Notes: generated by a model from the letters alone, not told the origin. 64,000 nucleotides of DNA from Octopus vulgaris (GCA_951406725.2 OX597819.1:132308001-132372000), one strand, 5' to 3'. Shown: positions 39,940 through 54,398, counted from the stretch's first letter. Program-made: numbers and translations.

Positions 39940-40253
39940 TCCACACACAGTTTGGCATAAATTTAAGAAGATTTTATTACATAGGCGTGTAATATCAGAG
40001 TTTCAGATACGGGGAATAGGAATTATAACTTTGATGTTGCTCTCAGGGGCATTCTCTGCTGAAATGAACGTGAATTTAACAGCGAAACAAAAACTAGATT
40101 GCAGACAGGTTTCGTGCAATACTTATCATTTCATCTTAGCACTTAACAAACACAAACAGGAACCCCGTCACACACTGCCTGTCTGTCTGTCTGTCTGTCT
40201 CTTCTTCTCTTTCTTTGTCTCCCCTCTCCCTCCCTCTCTCTATATATAAGGTA

Positions 40254-40628
40254 AATAGGACAAGGTAGAAAATGCTAAAATAATTTTATCATGAAGAACA
40301 TTTTAGTACCGGTTTCAGTCTTCGCATGAAAAACAATTAAATTGTGGAAAAATTAAATGAAATGGTTTTTCGAAAATATTTCCATAGTTTTCAAATACTT
40401 GGGACATTTTCCTTTTTTCTGTCTGTTTATTAAAAAAAATTTTTTTTTTACTTTTGTGAAGGCTCGGTAAGTAGTAGCTGATCTGAAGAAATATTAAATA
40501 TTCGTGAAAAAGTCGTGAAAGCAGAAACCGGTACTGAAATGTTCTTCATGATAAGATTATTTTAGCATTTTCTATCTTGTCCTATTCCTTTATACATAGC
40601 AACTCGCGTGTTACTTTTCAACCTTCTA
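40254..40628 (+). mobile_element. Fold-back element with 63-bp inverted arms and hammerhead-like remnant
   Basis: 40254-40316 versus 40524-40586 shows 3 mismatches. The right arm begins GAAA-CCGG-TA. Confidence 0.68.
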
Positions 40629-40754
40629 CATACATACATACATACATACATACATACATACATACATACATACATACATACATACATACATACATACATA
40701 CATACATACATACATACATACATACATACATGCATACATACATACATACATACA

Positions 40755-40790
<36 letters not shown>

Positions 40791-40802
40791 TATATATATC
40801 AC

Positions 40803-41100
40803 ATGTCAAGATGCATAGCCTAGGGTTATGGTATTGCACTCATGATCGCTGGGTCATGGTTTCGATCCCCAGACCGGGCGGCACGTTGTGTTCCTGAGCA
40901 AAGCACTTCATTTCACGTTGCTCCAGTCCACTCAACTGTTAGCGGGTCTCCCTGCAACGGGACGGCACTTCGATCAAGGGGAAAAGTTGGCCTGCTCACC
41001 TAGGCAGCGGAGTGGCATCATTTGAAAGCTAAAAACAATGCAAAGCGCATTGTGACCAGTGATATACGACAACACCTGATAATCTGGTCGATACCGTGAT
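40803..41100 (+). mobile_element. SINE family C, diverged
   Basis: ggtttcgatccccagaccgggcg...catttgaaagctaaaaacaatgcaaagcgcattgtgacc matches the 33251 copy. Confidence 0.82.
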
Positions 41101-42174
41101 ATCTTACATACATGAAAGCATGCATTTTGTAGGGATTAAGGACGACTTCAAGACAAAAAGGTCTCCGTATAACTGATTGTATTAACCATTTTATCGTATG
41201 GTCGATTTTCTCCCGAGCCAAACACTCAAAGGAAGCCATTGGCAAGACACAACGAACCAGCTGGACTTTCTGTTCTATGTTTAAGCCATGAATTCTCCAA
41301 CCATTCATTGGCGGGAGGAAAGCAGATGCTACGGCCATTGGAAGACTTGTTGACGCCAATGCCATCCATACGGCTGCTATTCTACACAGGTTCCGTGGAG
41401 ACAGGAAGGAAGCTGTTACGGGTTCTAGTTCGACGGGAAGAAAGTTTGCATTAAATATTTAGAAGAGGGCTTGATTGGGTTAAGTCAAAATAAAGAAGAC
41501 GAAAGGATGGAGAAATATAATTTGGTGGGCCACAGCAGATGAGACAAAGGCTTATAGTTCGGAGATGGAACCAAAATGGTAACGGTATAAAAGAGTGACG
41601 TGAGACTTCCAGAATGTTCAGTTGTTATTCTTTACCTCATGGTGGGGAGTTAATAGATGCCAACCCTTTAAACGGCCCCTATTTTGAGACGTGTGTATGT
41701 TACAAGACAGAATAAACTGAATAATCTACGAAGACTATAAGAAATGCTATTTAATGACTTGTAGTGATGAATCTTACGCACACACACACATACACACGCA
41801 CACACTCACAAACACACAGACACTCACAGACACACAAACGCACGCACATTTGAGTGCATATATGATCTTCCAATGCAATTATTGTCAGCCTGGCCCAGAT
41901 ATATTTAGCAGCAGTATGAGATGCAGATGTAGCGGAAGGCCCCCATTTCTAAACTGGCTGCAGCAGATGTCAAGGATTTGGTTACAGCTCTGTGGATATC
42001 GTCTATGCATCAATGGAGAGAAGAATTAATTCCTAAACTCTAAACAACTTCTGGTAGCAAACATATGGCATGTTTTACCCGAAATTCTTTCATATCCCCC
42101 TCACACTATCTCTCTTTCTCTCTCCCAACACACAGGCACACAAATATACATGTGCGTGTGTGTGTATGTATGGA

Positions 42175-42214
<40 letters not shown>

Positions 42215-42248
42215 TATGTATATATGTTTTTATATATGTATATATATG

Positions 42249-42327
<79 letters not shown>

Positions 42328-42741
42328 AAGCATATATCTATACACACGCTTCTAAACTAGGGAACCAATGATTCAGTACACACAACGCCCCACCCCGCCT
42401 TTAAGGAGGCGAGGTGCAAAGCTATTAAAGGCTAATTAGTGATAAATATCCAGCGAATCTGTTTATAAAAACAATCGGTCGTCCTCAGTTAATGTCTTCG
42501 CAAACATCATCGCGGTTTCTAAGGTTTCTATCGAATGCCACCTGTGCCTCCATCTCTTCAAAATCTCCAGGCACCTCTTGGATTGTATTGAAGCCGGTGT
42601 TTATGTTCAGAGTCAGCAGTGTTCAGAGCCGATAGGAAAATCTTCCCCTTCACAATCTCCAGCAGCAGTTTTTTGTTTATGCGACGAATATAATCAACTG
42701 ATGCGGTGAATGGTAGTTGATTACGCACACACACACACACA

Positions 42742-42784
<43 letters not shown>

Positions 42785-42839
42785 ACAGACTCACACACAC
42801 ACATACATACATGCATACATACGTACATGCATACATACA

Positions 42840-42870
<31 letters not shown>

Positions 42871-42878
42871 GTACTACA

Positions 42879-43020
<142 letters not shown>

Positions 43021-44039
43021 CCTATCTATCTAGCTGTGTGCGTGTGCGTGTGTGTGCGTGCGCATTAGTGCTTTCGATAGTTTTCTATTCGTTTCTCCTC
43101 TTTCTCTGACGAAATGGTTACGAAGTTCGCTTCGTGGCATCTTGGAAAGACGCCATTTTGTATAACCTAGCGTCGACCGTTGCCTTATGAATGCAATTGG
43201 GTAAATGGAAACTGTATAGAATCCCAAAGGGCAGACTGTATTCGTAATTCTAAGAGTACAGACTTGCTACCCACTGTGTCTCACTGATTCTGTCTGTTAA
43301 AGGCACACGCAGAAATTAGCAGTAAAATCGTGTCGTTAAATTAGTTGTGGCTTGCTTGTGACTGCTTTAAATTGCGTGAAATCAAGAAGGGATTAGATAA
43401 TGTTCATTCGCTTGATTTGTTGAGGGAGCAATTGCACCATCAGAATGATGCCGGAGAGACCGGGTCACACAAGATGACCTCAGATTCATGACACAATGAT
43501 GAAGATTTTACTAGTCTCGTCAGTCTAATGGCTACGTCCATGTCAACAACAGAAGCAATTATTTTGTATCATGAACGAGATTCTCTTTAAAAAAATCAGT
43601 AGCAACTTTGATAGGATTTGAACTCGAAACATAATCAAATTCGAGTTACTTCGGTGTTTTACTGTCTCAGCAATATCTCGCACTTGTGACGAGAAGTATT
43701 GATTCCGTTTGATAACGTAGAATACTCTGTGTAGTATCTGCGGTCTGTTGAGAAGAGTAATTCTAGTGAAATGGCTTGATTCATAGATCAAAATCACGTC
43801 AACTTCTCGTCCCAACGAGAGTTTGATTCTGGCCTTACAGCGTATTTTTATCTTATTCATTTCCATACAACAAAATCTGTCAAATGAAAAGAATATTTCC
43901 TCAAGCATACGTTTTCCTGCATATTTGGTTTGAAAGGGTGAAAAAGGTGAATATCTCTAAGAATTATAATAAAGCAAGGGTTTAATAGATGAACGAACTG
44001 CGTGGGACATGGCCGATATTAAAAGAAACTGGTTGTCAC

Positions 44040-44125
44040 AAACAAAAGAAGGCAGGATTCAGGCGCGTTGATGCAATAATCAGCCTAGTGTACTTGCAGG
44101 AGACATTTGAACAATAATCTAAAGA
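44040..44125 (+). mobile_element. Tiny reverse-transcriptase remnant (RTE-like)
   Basis: KAGFRRVDAIISLVYLQETFE resembles the QxGFR...DAIFxLRxLQEK RT motif. Confidence 0.4.
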
Positions 44126-44949
44126 AATAATATTAATGGAAGACAATGCAGCAGAACTAGAAAACAATCCCTTGGCATCGTAGCCTTTCAACTGACTACT
44201 TCCGGTCATAAGACTGGACAAAGTGATTGTTTATAAAGCCACTCAGCTTTACTGACTATTGATGTTTTCTCTGTCATGAATCTCATATTAATGGCGTCGC
44301 AATGTTGAATGGGAGATTTTTCTTTCAATTATTGTGAATGGAAGGACGCAGAACGGTTTCTGAATCTCGTCAGCCTAAATTGAACTTGGCTACGCATCTC
44401 TGTACGTTAACACGCATCAAAGATTGACGTTGCAGGAAATTGTCGAAGAATCAGGTTATACAGCGCTTTGACCTCTAAAGAAAGAAATCTATTCGTAAAT
44501 CACAAGAAATTGAATTTTAAATAAATAGTACAGTTCGATCGTTGTGAAATACTTAAAATCAGATAAATTGTCTGGTGACAGAGAGATGAGATGATGGAAA
44601 TTAATTGAGATTGTTTTAAGGTTAGGCATCGGAAACGTATAAAACCGACCTTTTTTTGTTGATATCTTTTATAAATTCTACTTTTATGCAGTGAAGACGA
44701 ACAGCCTGAAGTGACGTCAAGTGAGCCAACTTCCCGACTCACCCTCGAAAGTAGATCGAAGATATTTCACTTCCGGTTGTTAATTCTGTCAGAGAGGCAT
44801 AAACACTACAAAGCCCCGCTCCACTCATTTACTTTATTAAGGCATTTTCAGGACCAAGGAACATTATTATGTTCCATATAACAGTGGAAAGTTACAAGAG
44901 AGGCAAGAACAGGAGGCATGTATGCCTCTTCCGCCATTTAAGTCTTGTC

Positions 44950-45288
44950 TTCTCTCTCTCTCTTTTACTTGTTTCAGTCATTTGACTGCAGCCATGCTGG
45001 AGCACCGCCTTTAGTCGAGCAAATCGACCCCGGGACTTATTCTTTGTAAGCCCAGTACTTATTCTATCGGTCTCTTTTGTTGAACCGCTAACGTGACGGG
45101 GACGTAAACACACCAGCATCGGTTGTCAAGCAATGCTAGGAGGACAAACACAGACACACAAACATATACACACACTCTTATATATACATATATACGACAG
45201 GCTTCTTTCAGTTTCCGTCTACCAAATCCACTCACAAGGCATTGATCGGCCCGGGGCTATAGCAGAAGACACTTGCCCAAGATGCCAC
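44950..45288 (-). mobile_element. SINE family A (lacks tRNA head)
   Basis: Reverse complement of the 9770-10140 body and tail. Confidence 0.9.
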
Positions 45289-45567
45289 GGATCTATATTT
45301 CGTGTTCAAATCTGATCGCTGGTCAATTTTAATTCTCATCTCACTAAAGTCAATACGTTTACCATTAGTAACATTTCTGGGATTAAGAATAGTAAGAGGG
45401 ATTATTGATCTTCAAGTGGCCGATAGGTTTTGCAGTATGAGGGTGTGATATACCAGCATTTATATAAAATTAATAGAGATAATACCCATAGTATTATCTA
45501 CACACACACACGCACACACACACACAGATACACATACACGCACAGCGCGCACACGCGCACGCACGCA

Positions 45568-45878
45568 TGGTACATGGACGGGATGCCGAACGCACTTTTG
45601 CCGAAGGACAAGAAGCCGAACGGACACAATGCCGAACGGACAAAATGCCGAATGGGCAAGATGCCGAATGGGCAAGATGCCGAATGGGTAAGATGCCGAA
45701 CGGATATACGAAAATTTAAATTTAATCTCGTTAAATCTTAAGTGTCAAATTGGAGAATTGATCATTAAACTATGCAGGTAGGAATGTTTTTGCTTTTTTA
45801 ATTATTGTGTTCAGGTTTATGTCCGTTCGGCTTCTTGTCCTTCATCAAAAGTGCATTTGGCATCCTGTCCACGCACGG
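45568..45878. mobile_element. MITE with ~65-bp TIRs and 15-16-bp subterminal repeats (MULE-like)
   Basis: tggacgggatgccgaacgcacttttgccgaaggacaagaagccgaacggaca matches the reverse complement at 45812-45872. Tandem atgccgaa(t/c)gg units. Sits in a CA tract. Confidence 0.75.
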
Positions 45879-45914
45879 CACACACACACACACACACACA
45901 CGCACGCACACACG

Positions 45915-45987
<73 letters not shown>

Positions 45988-46937
45988 GAACGCTACAGAA
46001 TTATAATCCAGAATGCCATCTTTGGATATTAGAAATCTCTAGATATAGATACTACCTGGAGTATTATTTCCAAAATCCATAGCTTTCTAAATAACGATAC
46101 TCTAAAAGATGATATAAACCTATAGATATCAGAGATCTCTAGATATAGATATTACTTGTAGTTGAATCGTTAGATATCACATAGTAAAAATAAATATACA
46201 ATTTATAGACATTAAAGATCTACAGATATAATAATTACCTGTTGAGGACTGTTACTAGAAACCCAGCAGGACCAAAACCAAGACCTGTGATTAGAACTGA
46301 CGAACCTTGTGTAGGTTCAACGACAATCTAGCAATAGCACGGGTCCTCTGAAATTCTGGGTTGGCATCCAGATTGCTGGGAGACCACTGGGATTGAGGAA
46401 ACCCTTATCTTTTGTTAAAGCTCATCTTTGAGGGAAGGACACTCTGACATAAAACCAGGAATGAAGGGAATGGCATTGAACATTTTTGGTGATCTTTTGC
46501 TTGCGCTTGATGCCATGGTGCTGTCACATTCCTGAGGCTGCAATCGATATTGGCACTGGATATCTTGCCCTGGCCTCTCTCTGGATCATGTCAGTGGGGG
46601 TAGAAAGGGTCTGGGATGTGTTGTAAAAGCCTTATTGGGCTTAAAATTTTAGGTTGTGCAATCGCTGGCGAGGAAACTATGTGAAGCCCGGTCGGGATGG
46701 AAGGAGCCGAGGTGAGCATGGAAGCTGCGGACGCAAACCCAGGTGAACCTCATGTATGGGTATTGCTGGCATTTTACATGGGCAATGGTCAACAATGGTC
46801 TTCCTCGGTTACCAGTGGACAGCCATCATCATCATCATCGTCGTCATTCTTTAACGGGAGAATTCTAACGATCCTAATGCTTCGCTGCTTGATATTGGGT
46901 TTCAAATTTTATGACAATGCCAGCAATTTCATGGCTG

Positions 46938-47095
46938 GGAGAAAGTCGATTACATCGACTCCAGTACTCAACTGGTACTTATTTTATTGATCCTCAAAGG
47001 ATGAAATACAAAGTCGACCTCGGCGGAATTTGAACTCAGAATGTAAAAAAAGTGGAAGAAATGCCGTCACTCATTTTGTTCGCCGCGCAAACGAA
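46938..47095 (-). mobile_element. SINE family B, diverged
   Basis: gtcgattacatcgactccagt..aactggtactt...aaagtcgacctcggcggaatttgaactcagaa. Confidence 0.82.
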
Positions 47096-48353
47096 ATAAT
47101 GGTAAATAATCTTAGCGTTTGTCAATTAAGGCTGCAACATATAATAAAAATCCCCAAAAGATTGAAAACGTTTATGTCGGAGGCAATAAGAGTTAGAAAC
47201 CCTAGCTCCGTGTGCAACATCGGCATCTGATTAGGATGGTAGAGATGTAGATAATCAACTGGAAATTGGAGTAAAATCAAACTCAGTTCGAAGAGAAAAG
47301 TGGAGAGAATCAATTGAAGTCAAAGAAGATTCTTCTTATCAGGAGGCAGACAAGATTTGCATTAAAACTTGAGAAAGAATTTACTAAAGATGCAAAAATG
47401 CAATATAATTTGACAGGTGAGAACTAAATTTATTGTAAGCCATGATGTATGACTCTTGTGATTCCAATAGCATTTCTCTAATTGGAGAACACAACTAGCC
47501 ATAGTGATTGGAATCAATGGCCTTAAATGTAGGCTAATTGCATAATTAACAACTGATTAGCCGTTCAGAGAATGAAGCCCCAATCACTCCTTAATAATCA
47601 ACATCGAGTAAATAAGATGGCTGAAGATGTACAAGGACTAAAAGACAACGGTGTGTTGTGTTGAGGAATTTGTGATTCATTTCTATAAGGTTAAAATGAG
47701 ACACAGGATTTAGTTGCAACGTAGGTGGGTTAAGCGGTGGCAGTCGAATGCATTTCTGATTGGCGGATGTCAAAGGTTTGGCCAAATCGCTTGGAAGAAG
47801 CTGTGGACTGCCTTACAGAAAGAGAAAGAATTTCTCTACTGAAGAGCAAAGTTTCTAATGTGTATCTGTCAGAGCAGAAACTTTCGTTTGTATTACACGT
47901 TTGAATTATTTTATGTTGGAGAAATAAGAAAAATATATACTCGTGTATATAGGCGTCTACAATCATATTTGATACATTCATGAACACACACGAACATGGG
48001 AAAACCTTTCACAGCGGAAATGAAAACACATTGTTAGGGAGTATGATACTGACGTCAGCGGATCATTGGACGCACATGTTTCTGCCTTGTTACTCTTCAT
48101 CAGGTACGAACACTGAATTGGCCTTCATAACCCTGTAAGTTAATTAATTCCAGTTTGACCAAACCTTGCACACATCAACAAATCTATTTGTTCTTCTTAT
48201 GTATGTATGTATGTATGTATGTATGTATGTATGTATGTATGTATGTATGTATGTATGTATGTATGTATGTATGTATGTATGTACGTGCACATGTACGTAT
48301 GTATGCACGTATGTATGAATGTATGTATGCATGTACATGTATGTATATATGTG

Positions 48354-48434
<81 letters not shown>

Positions 48435-49676
48435 GTCTATCTATATTAAAAAGGACATCAAACATTATACGAGGCTGTGAAAGACTGATTCGGTAATCGT
48501 AGTCTCTGAAGTTTAACGTCGTAGAAACACAAACGTCTTATGATCTAAGGCCATCATTCATAGCCAAATTATGTGTTTTCTCTTATATTATCTATGGAAA
48601 CAATTTTCTCCCGAGACTACTTCCGCAGCGAAAGCTTTTCTCACATTCGAATGTACACGATCTTGTTAAATATTGTTGTTCCCGTATATATTTATTTTAA
48701 TGCTGCTTCGTTTGCTTCCACTTAATATGCTCATGTCTATGAGTCCCAGTCATTCCTTGTTGATGATTTATATCGCAGTATTAGAAACAGCGTCAACATG
48801 GAAGAACTCTGTCACTATTGTTCCCAAAAGATAGACTCGATTAAGATGCAGAGTGACCCAAAATATTAGACGATGAAGGATTGCCGAATGACGTTAGATA
48901 TATCAACAGAGATTGCGTTAGAATAACTACATCTATCTATATATGTTTGTATATTTATTCCAAACATTGGCATAAACTATTTACGTGGTGTGTGCGTGAT
49001 TATATTGAATTAAATCGATTAAATCAACACCAGTGATTGACTGGTATTTTATTCCATCGATCTGGGAAGAACGAAATATAAAGAATGATTAGATGGACCA
49101 ATTATTATAGGAGTTCAGTTAATTGAATCTGTCCCGATGTGTTTTAAGCTGGTAAAAAAAAAAGTCTAGCTGTCCAATCTTACCAAACGCAATAAATCAA
49201 TTTCTGATGTTGTCTTGTTGGTTTGGTTTATGCTTAATTGTAAGCTCGAAGACATCTGAAGGAAACTCAGAAACCATTATTTGCTTGTCATAAGGGTTCG
49301 GATTAATTCCGTCTCAAACTCGAAAAAAAGAAGGAACAGAATATTCGGCCCGAAAGAATCAGAGATCTTTCATGTCCAAAAATTCAAAGTTATTTTTGTG
49401 GAAAGAATGATATGAAACGTAGGAGAAGAAGTGATGAACAATATGAAGAAGTGAAAGAGAGGAGGTTCATAGATGGACTCACTGAATAAGTAGATACATT
49501 TACCTGGACAACGTTTAAGAGGTAATAATGTCCACATATCAATTGAAAGGTGTTTACGATATCGTTGATGAAAGGCGTGTGAAAGATCTTAAAATATAAA
49601 CGCAGCAGGTGTGTATAAATGAATAATTACATATATAAAAATATACACATACATGCATACATACATACGTACACAC

Positions 49677-49760
<84 letters not shown>

Positions 49761-49762
49761 AG

Positions 49763-49807
<45 letters not shown>

Positions 49808-51260
49808 GTCTGCCTGTCTGTCTGTTTGTCTGTCAGTATGCATCTCTCTCTCTCTCTATCTGTGTCTAGCTTTCTTTCTTTCTTTCTGTCTATCTGTATG
49901 CATGTACGTCTCTCTCTCTCTCTCTATTTATACATATAATATTGTACGAAGAAGCGTAGAATATTCATGTAAAGTCATATTTAACATGCTCCAGTGCATT
50001 TATGAAGTAATAAGATCTTTCTTATTACGGAAAGAGACCCGGGAAAAATTCTCCACCCAGAAATGTGTAAAATATTTTGAAGGCTGTGAGTGACGTCACT
50101 GTCTCGTAGGGCGCATGTATTTCTGCGCCGTTACGCTTTGTCAGCTGCGAAAATCTCTCTCAGGTCGATATGAAGAGTGAAGTTTCCTGGGTTTCTCTAG
50201 TATTGTGTGGTGTTGAAGTTTGAGATTGTTCCAAGTTATATGTTCTCATGCTGAGTCAGCAACAGGGTGTGGATACGACAGATTCTGTCCAGTTTTTATA
50301 GATTATATTCCACCCAGAAAACATTAACCACTCTGATACTATGGTAATACATTCTTGTGTAAAATGTCGCAACTTGGGTTCGAACGTAGTATTCTTAATC
50401 ATGACCGTTATATACACAACCACTCTCGATTAATCATGCGCAGAGATGAGTATAAATCTTTCACAAGGAAAGAAAACTAAGTCGGAAGAGCAAACGTACA
50501 CTGATTGAAGACTAGCGTTGGATGTGTGCACACTGAACGTAAATCACATCCGTTCTTATACACACGTAGACACTCAAGTATACTGTCGCAAAGAGAAACA
50601 GGCAGACAGGCAGATAGATAGACAGGCAGACAGACAGGCAGATAGACAGACAGGCACGCACATACATACATACACACACACAACACACACACACACGCTT
50701 TCATTGAAATTAATCTATTTTGCTAATTAGAAAAAATACGCTATTCGTCTGGAAACGCTCGGTTCTTCTTTGATTCAGATAGCAAAGACAAATGGAATTT
50801 TCGAAAAGCTTGAAGGTCATTTACAACATCATTCAAATACTCGTTAGTCATCCACTTCCCCATTCAAATACGATTATGTTTCGTTGAAGTATTGGCGTTA
50901 TCAAAATGATCTTTCTCGATGACATTTTTTTCCTTCACTCAAGAACGTTTCAAAATGGCGTATTAAAAAAAGAGCTGACACAATTTGATAGAGGTATATC
51001 CAATTTTACCTATCTACATTATTATCTATCTGCTTAGCATCTGGTCTATCAATCTACCTATCTTATCTTCTTTTTGTTATCTTGCCTGTCCGTCCGTCCG
51101 TCCGTCCGTCCGTCCGTCCGTCCGTCTGTCTGTCTGTCTCTGTCTCTCTCTATCTCTATCTAACTATCAAACCTCCCTCCCTCCCTCCCTCCCTCCCTCC
51201 CTCCCTCCCTACCTACCTCCCTCCCTCCCTGCCTCCCTACCTCCCTACCTACCTACCTAC

Positions 51261-51339
<79 letters not shown>

Positions 51340-52216
51340 GTTATCTATCAAACCTACCTACCTACCTACCTACCTACACACACACATCCATCCATCCATC
51401 CATCCATCCATCCATCTATACATACATACATACATACATACATACATACATACATACATACATACATACATACATACATACCTACTCTCGCTATCTATCA
51501 AACCTACCTGCCTACCTACCTATCTACCCCCCTCTCTCTCTCTCAATCTATCCATTTAATCCTAGCCATTCACCTCCCAACCATTCCCTTCCCACTGTTA
51601 TTCAAATTACTTCAGTTTCTCATTGATAAATTGCTGCAAGTCTTTCAACCAAGAGAAGTTCTGGTAATTTTGAATGAAATTTCTATGAATCTCAATAACA
51701 ATCCCAAATATAAACACACCAATCCATCTCGGCATAAACTATACACTCACTCATCTATATACACAGAACTTATCTATACACGTCAAATACTCTCTTCTCC
51801 ACAACAACCTTTATAACCCCATCCCCACAAAACTAACCCCATAATGAGTCATTCTATTGTAGAACCATAGAACAATCTTTATTGCATGGAAGGAATTTAA
51901 CATTGGGAATTGGCACCAAGTCAGGATCCGAGCTCTCAATAGAAAAACAAAGACAAATCAAAAATAATGCGAATTTGGCATGGAACAAGCGTACGGCCAT
52001 TCACTAGCATTTCTTTATCAAATTGCGGTTACGTTTTTTTTTATTTAATATTACTGATTTCATGTAACCGGATATACCATACATACATACATACATACAT
52101 ACATACATACATACATACACAGATACATACATACATACATACATACATGCATAAATACACACACACACACACATAACGGAGATGTACTTGCATAGCAAGT
52201 GTGCTGTGTACGGAAT

Positions 52217-52267
52217 TTTGTCAGTGAACAGGTCGCGGTCTCAAAGCGACGAAAATATTTTGACAAA
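52217..52267 (+). ncRNA. Type I hammerhead ribozyme with G3:C8 core (predicted), within a ~170-bp pLTR-like fragment (52180-52350)
   Basis: Stem I tttgtca/tgacaaa, core GTGAACA (52224-52230), stem II gtcgc/gcgac, GAAA, palindromic stem III aatatt, H17=U. Confidence 0.7.
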
Positions 52268-52674
52268 TTAAATTTAAATGTTGGAGTGAATCGAACGGTT
52301 TTTGTGTGTTTCTTAAATGGCTTATAAACACCTTCCACGCTGCAATTGTATAAATATATATATATATATATATATGCGACAACATTTTATAAACAAACTT
52401 TGGAAGCATCGAATGTGTTTTGTATTTTAAAGACAAGAAAGAACTATTTCGAACGCTGGAAACAGCAGAGAAAGATTGGCTATTTTACCATTGTAAGACG
52501 GGAAAGAGTCGTTGGCAGGCGGCAACTTATTTCCATCTTATAAGGGCGAAAATTCGTAGTCTTTCTGTTGTTTTCATGGCTATACTGCTTTCGATATTTA
52601 CTTTCTTGTCTGTCTGTCTGTCCGCCAGTCTGTCTGTCTGTCTGTCTGTCTATCTGTCTGTCTGTCTGTCTGTC

Positions 52675-52771
<97 letters not shown>

Positions 52772-52796
52772 ATATATATATATATATATATATAAG

Positions 52797-53000
52797 TTTA
52801 TGTATAGGGGAGAATCCACCAAAAAACACAACAACAAAAGACGAAGACAGGTGGTGTAGACAATAAATAGATGTATTAGTATAACGCTCGGGAAGTGAAA
52901 AAGTCTTTAACGTTTCGAGCCTACGCTCTTCCACAGAAAGGAATACAGAAAGAAACAAGGAGAGAAAATAAAGAATGTGTAGTGGTTAGCGATCTATGTA
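52797..53000 (-). mobile_element. Penelope-like pLTR fragment with variant hammerhead motif
   Basis: Minus strand cttt-CTGTGGA-a-gagc gtag gctc-GAAA-cg-TT-aaag (52905-52940). Same family as 16790-17040. Confidence 0.62.
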
Positions 53001-53032
53001 TGTATATACACACACATGCACACACACACACA

Positions 53033-53072
<40 letters not shown>

Positions 53073-53182
53073 CTCATACATACTGACACATATACGCGTA
53101 TAAATGATTATCATTCAACCACGGTAGCAGCTGAATAATATTCTTAACGTCGCTTTTTTGTCGCAGACGGTGTCTTCCAAGC

Positions 53183-53247
<65 letters not shown>

Positions 53248-53966
53248 TATGTATTCATGTTTTGATATGAGTTCCAAGAGTATTAGTTTCAGAAGTGTTG
53301 TTAATAAATTATCTTTAATCAGAATCGGAAATACCGGAAGCATTTCTTTTGATCTTTAAAACTTTTACTGAAATTGCCCCAGCATGGTCTCACCAAACTA
53401 GCTAGAGCCAATAAATCAGTCAAAGAGTGTCGCTAAGTGCATATCTTTTTTTTTTTTTTTACTGTTGTGCAGTAAAATGGCAGTATGATGTGGAGTAAGT
53501 GATTCACTTAAAGTCGACACGGTTTCGACTTCCGCTTGAAACCTCTTCTCCATTACGCAACCGACAGACATTGTGAGGGGATGATAAAAAAAAAAGGCAA
53601 AACAAAATCTGCACTAATTACCATTTTGCCTCGCCTAAAAACAACATTCCTGCCATTGTTATTATCGATTTTGGCTCCAAGAGCTTTTAAGGAAATCATG
53701 AGTCGTCCATTACTAGGTTTCAATTCAACTTCAACGACCCCTTTTTTTACCTCCTCCTCTCTCTCTCGTCACTGCTTCTCTACAATAGGGGTCGTTCACA
53801 TCGAACAAAATAAAATACGAACCGTTGTACACTTTATAAGTGACCATCTCTTTGCATACTGATGACGTTTAACGGTACAGAAATGGCTCCGTTGTCTTTT
53901 GAACGCCACAAACCTTATTCAATCTCCAAAATGGGTTTACATTCCTGTACAAAATAAATATTGAGA

Positions 53967-54117
53967 TTTCTTTCTTTCTTTCTTTCCTTCCTTCATTCTT
54001 TCTTTCTTTCTTTCTTTTTTCCTTTCTTTCTTTCCTTCTTTCTTTTTTTCCTTCTTTCTTTCTTTCCTTTTTTCTTTCCTTCTTTCTTTCTTTCCTTCTT
54101 TCTTTCTTCCTTTCTTG

Positions 54118-54156
<39 letters not shown>

Positions 54157-54264
54157 TCCTTCTTTCTTTCTTTCCTTCTTTCTTTCTTTCCTTCCTTCCT
54201 TCCTTCCTTCTTTATTTCTTTCTTTCCCTCTTTCTTTCCCTCTTTCGTTCCTTCTTTCTTTCTC

Positions 54265-54303
<39 letters not shown>

Positions 54304-54350
54304 CTCTCTTCCTTTCTTTCTTTCTTCCTTTCTTTCTTTCTTTCTTTATT

Positions 54351-54398
<48 letters not shown>

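Noticed and set aside
41130-42720. Possible RTE and RLE-type RT remnants (VLTILSYG at ~41180; KGKIFLSAL at ~42640 minus)
   Set aside because: Only short weak motif resemblances, not enough for a call.
44700-44785. CRE (tgacgtca) and ETS-like (cacttccggt) motifs suggesting a promoter
   Set aside because: Short motifs are expected by chance in 64 kb, and no associated gene is visible.
45575-45705. Regularly spaced atgccgaa repeats resembling a CRISPR array
   Set aside because: 15-16-bp tandem units without unique spacers, inside MITE TIRs, in eukaryotic context.
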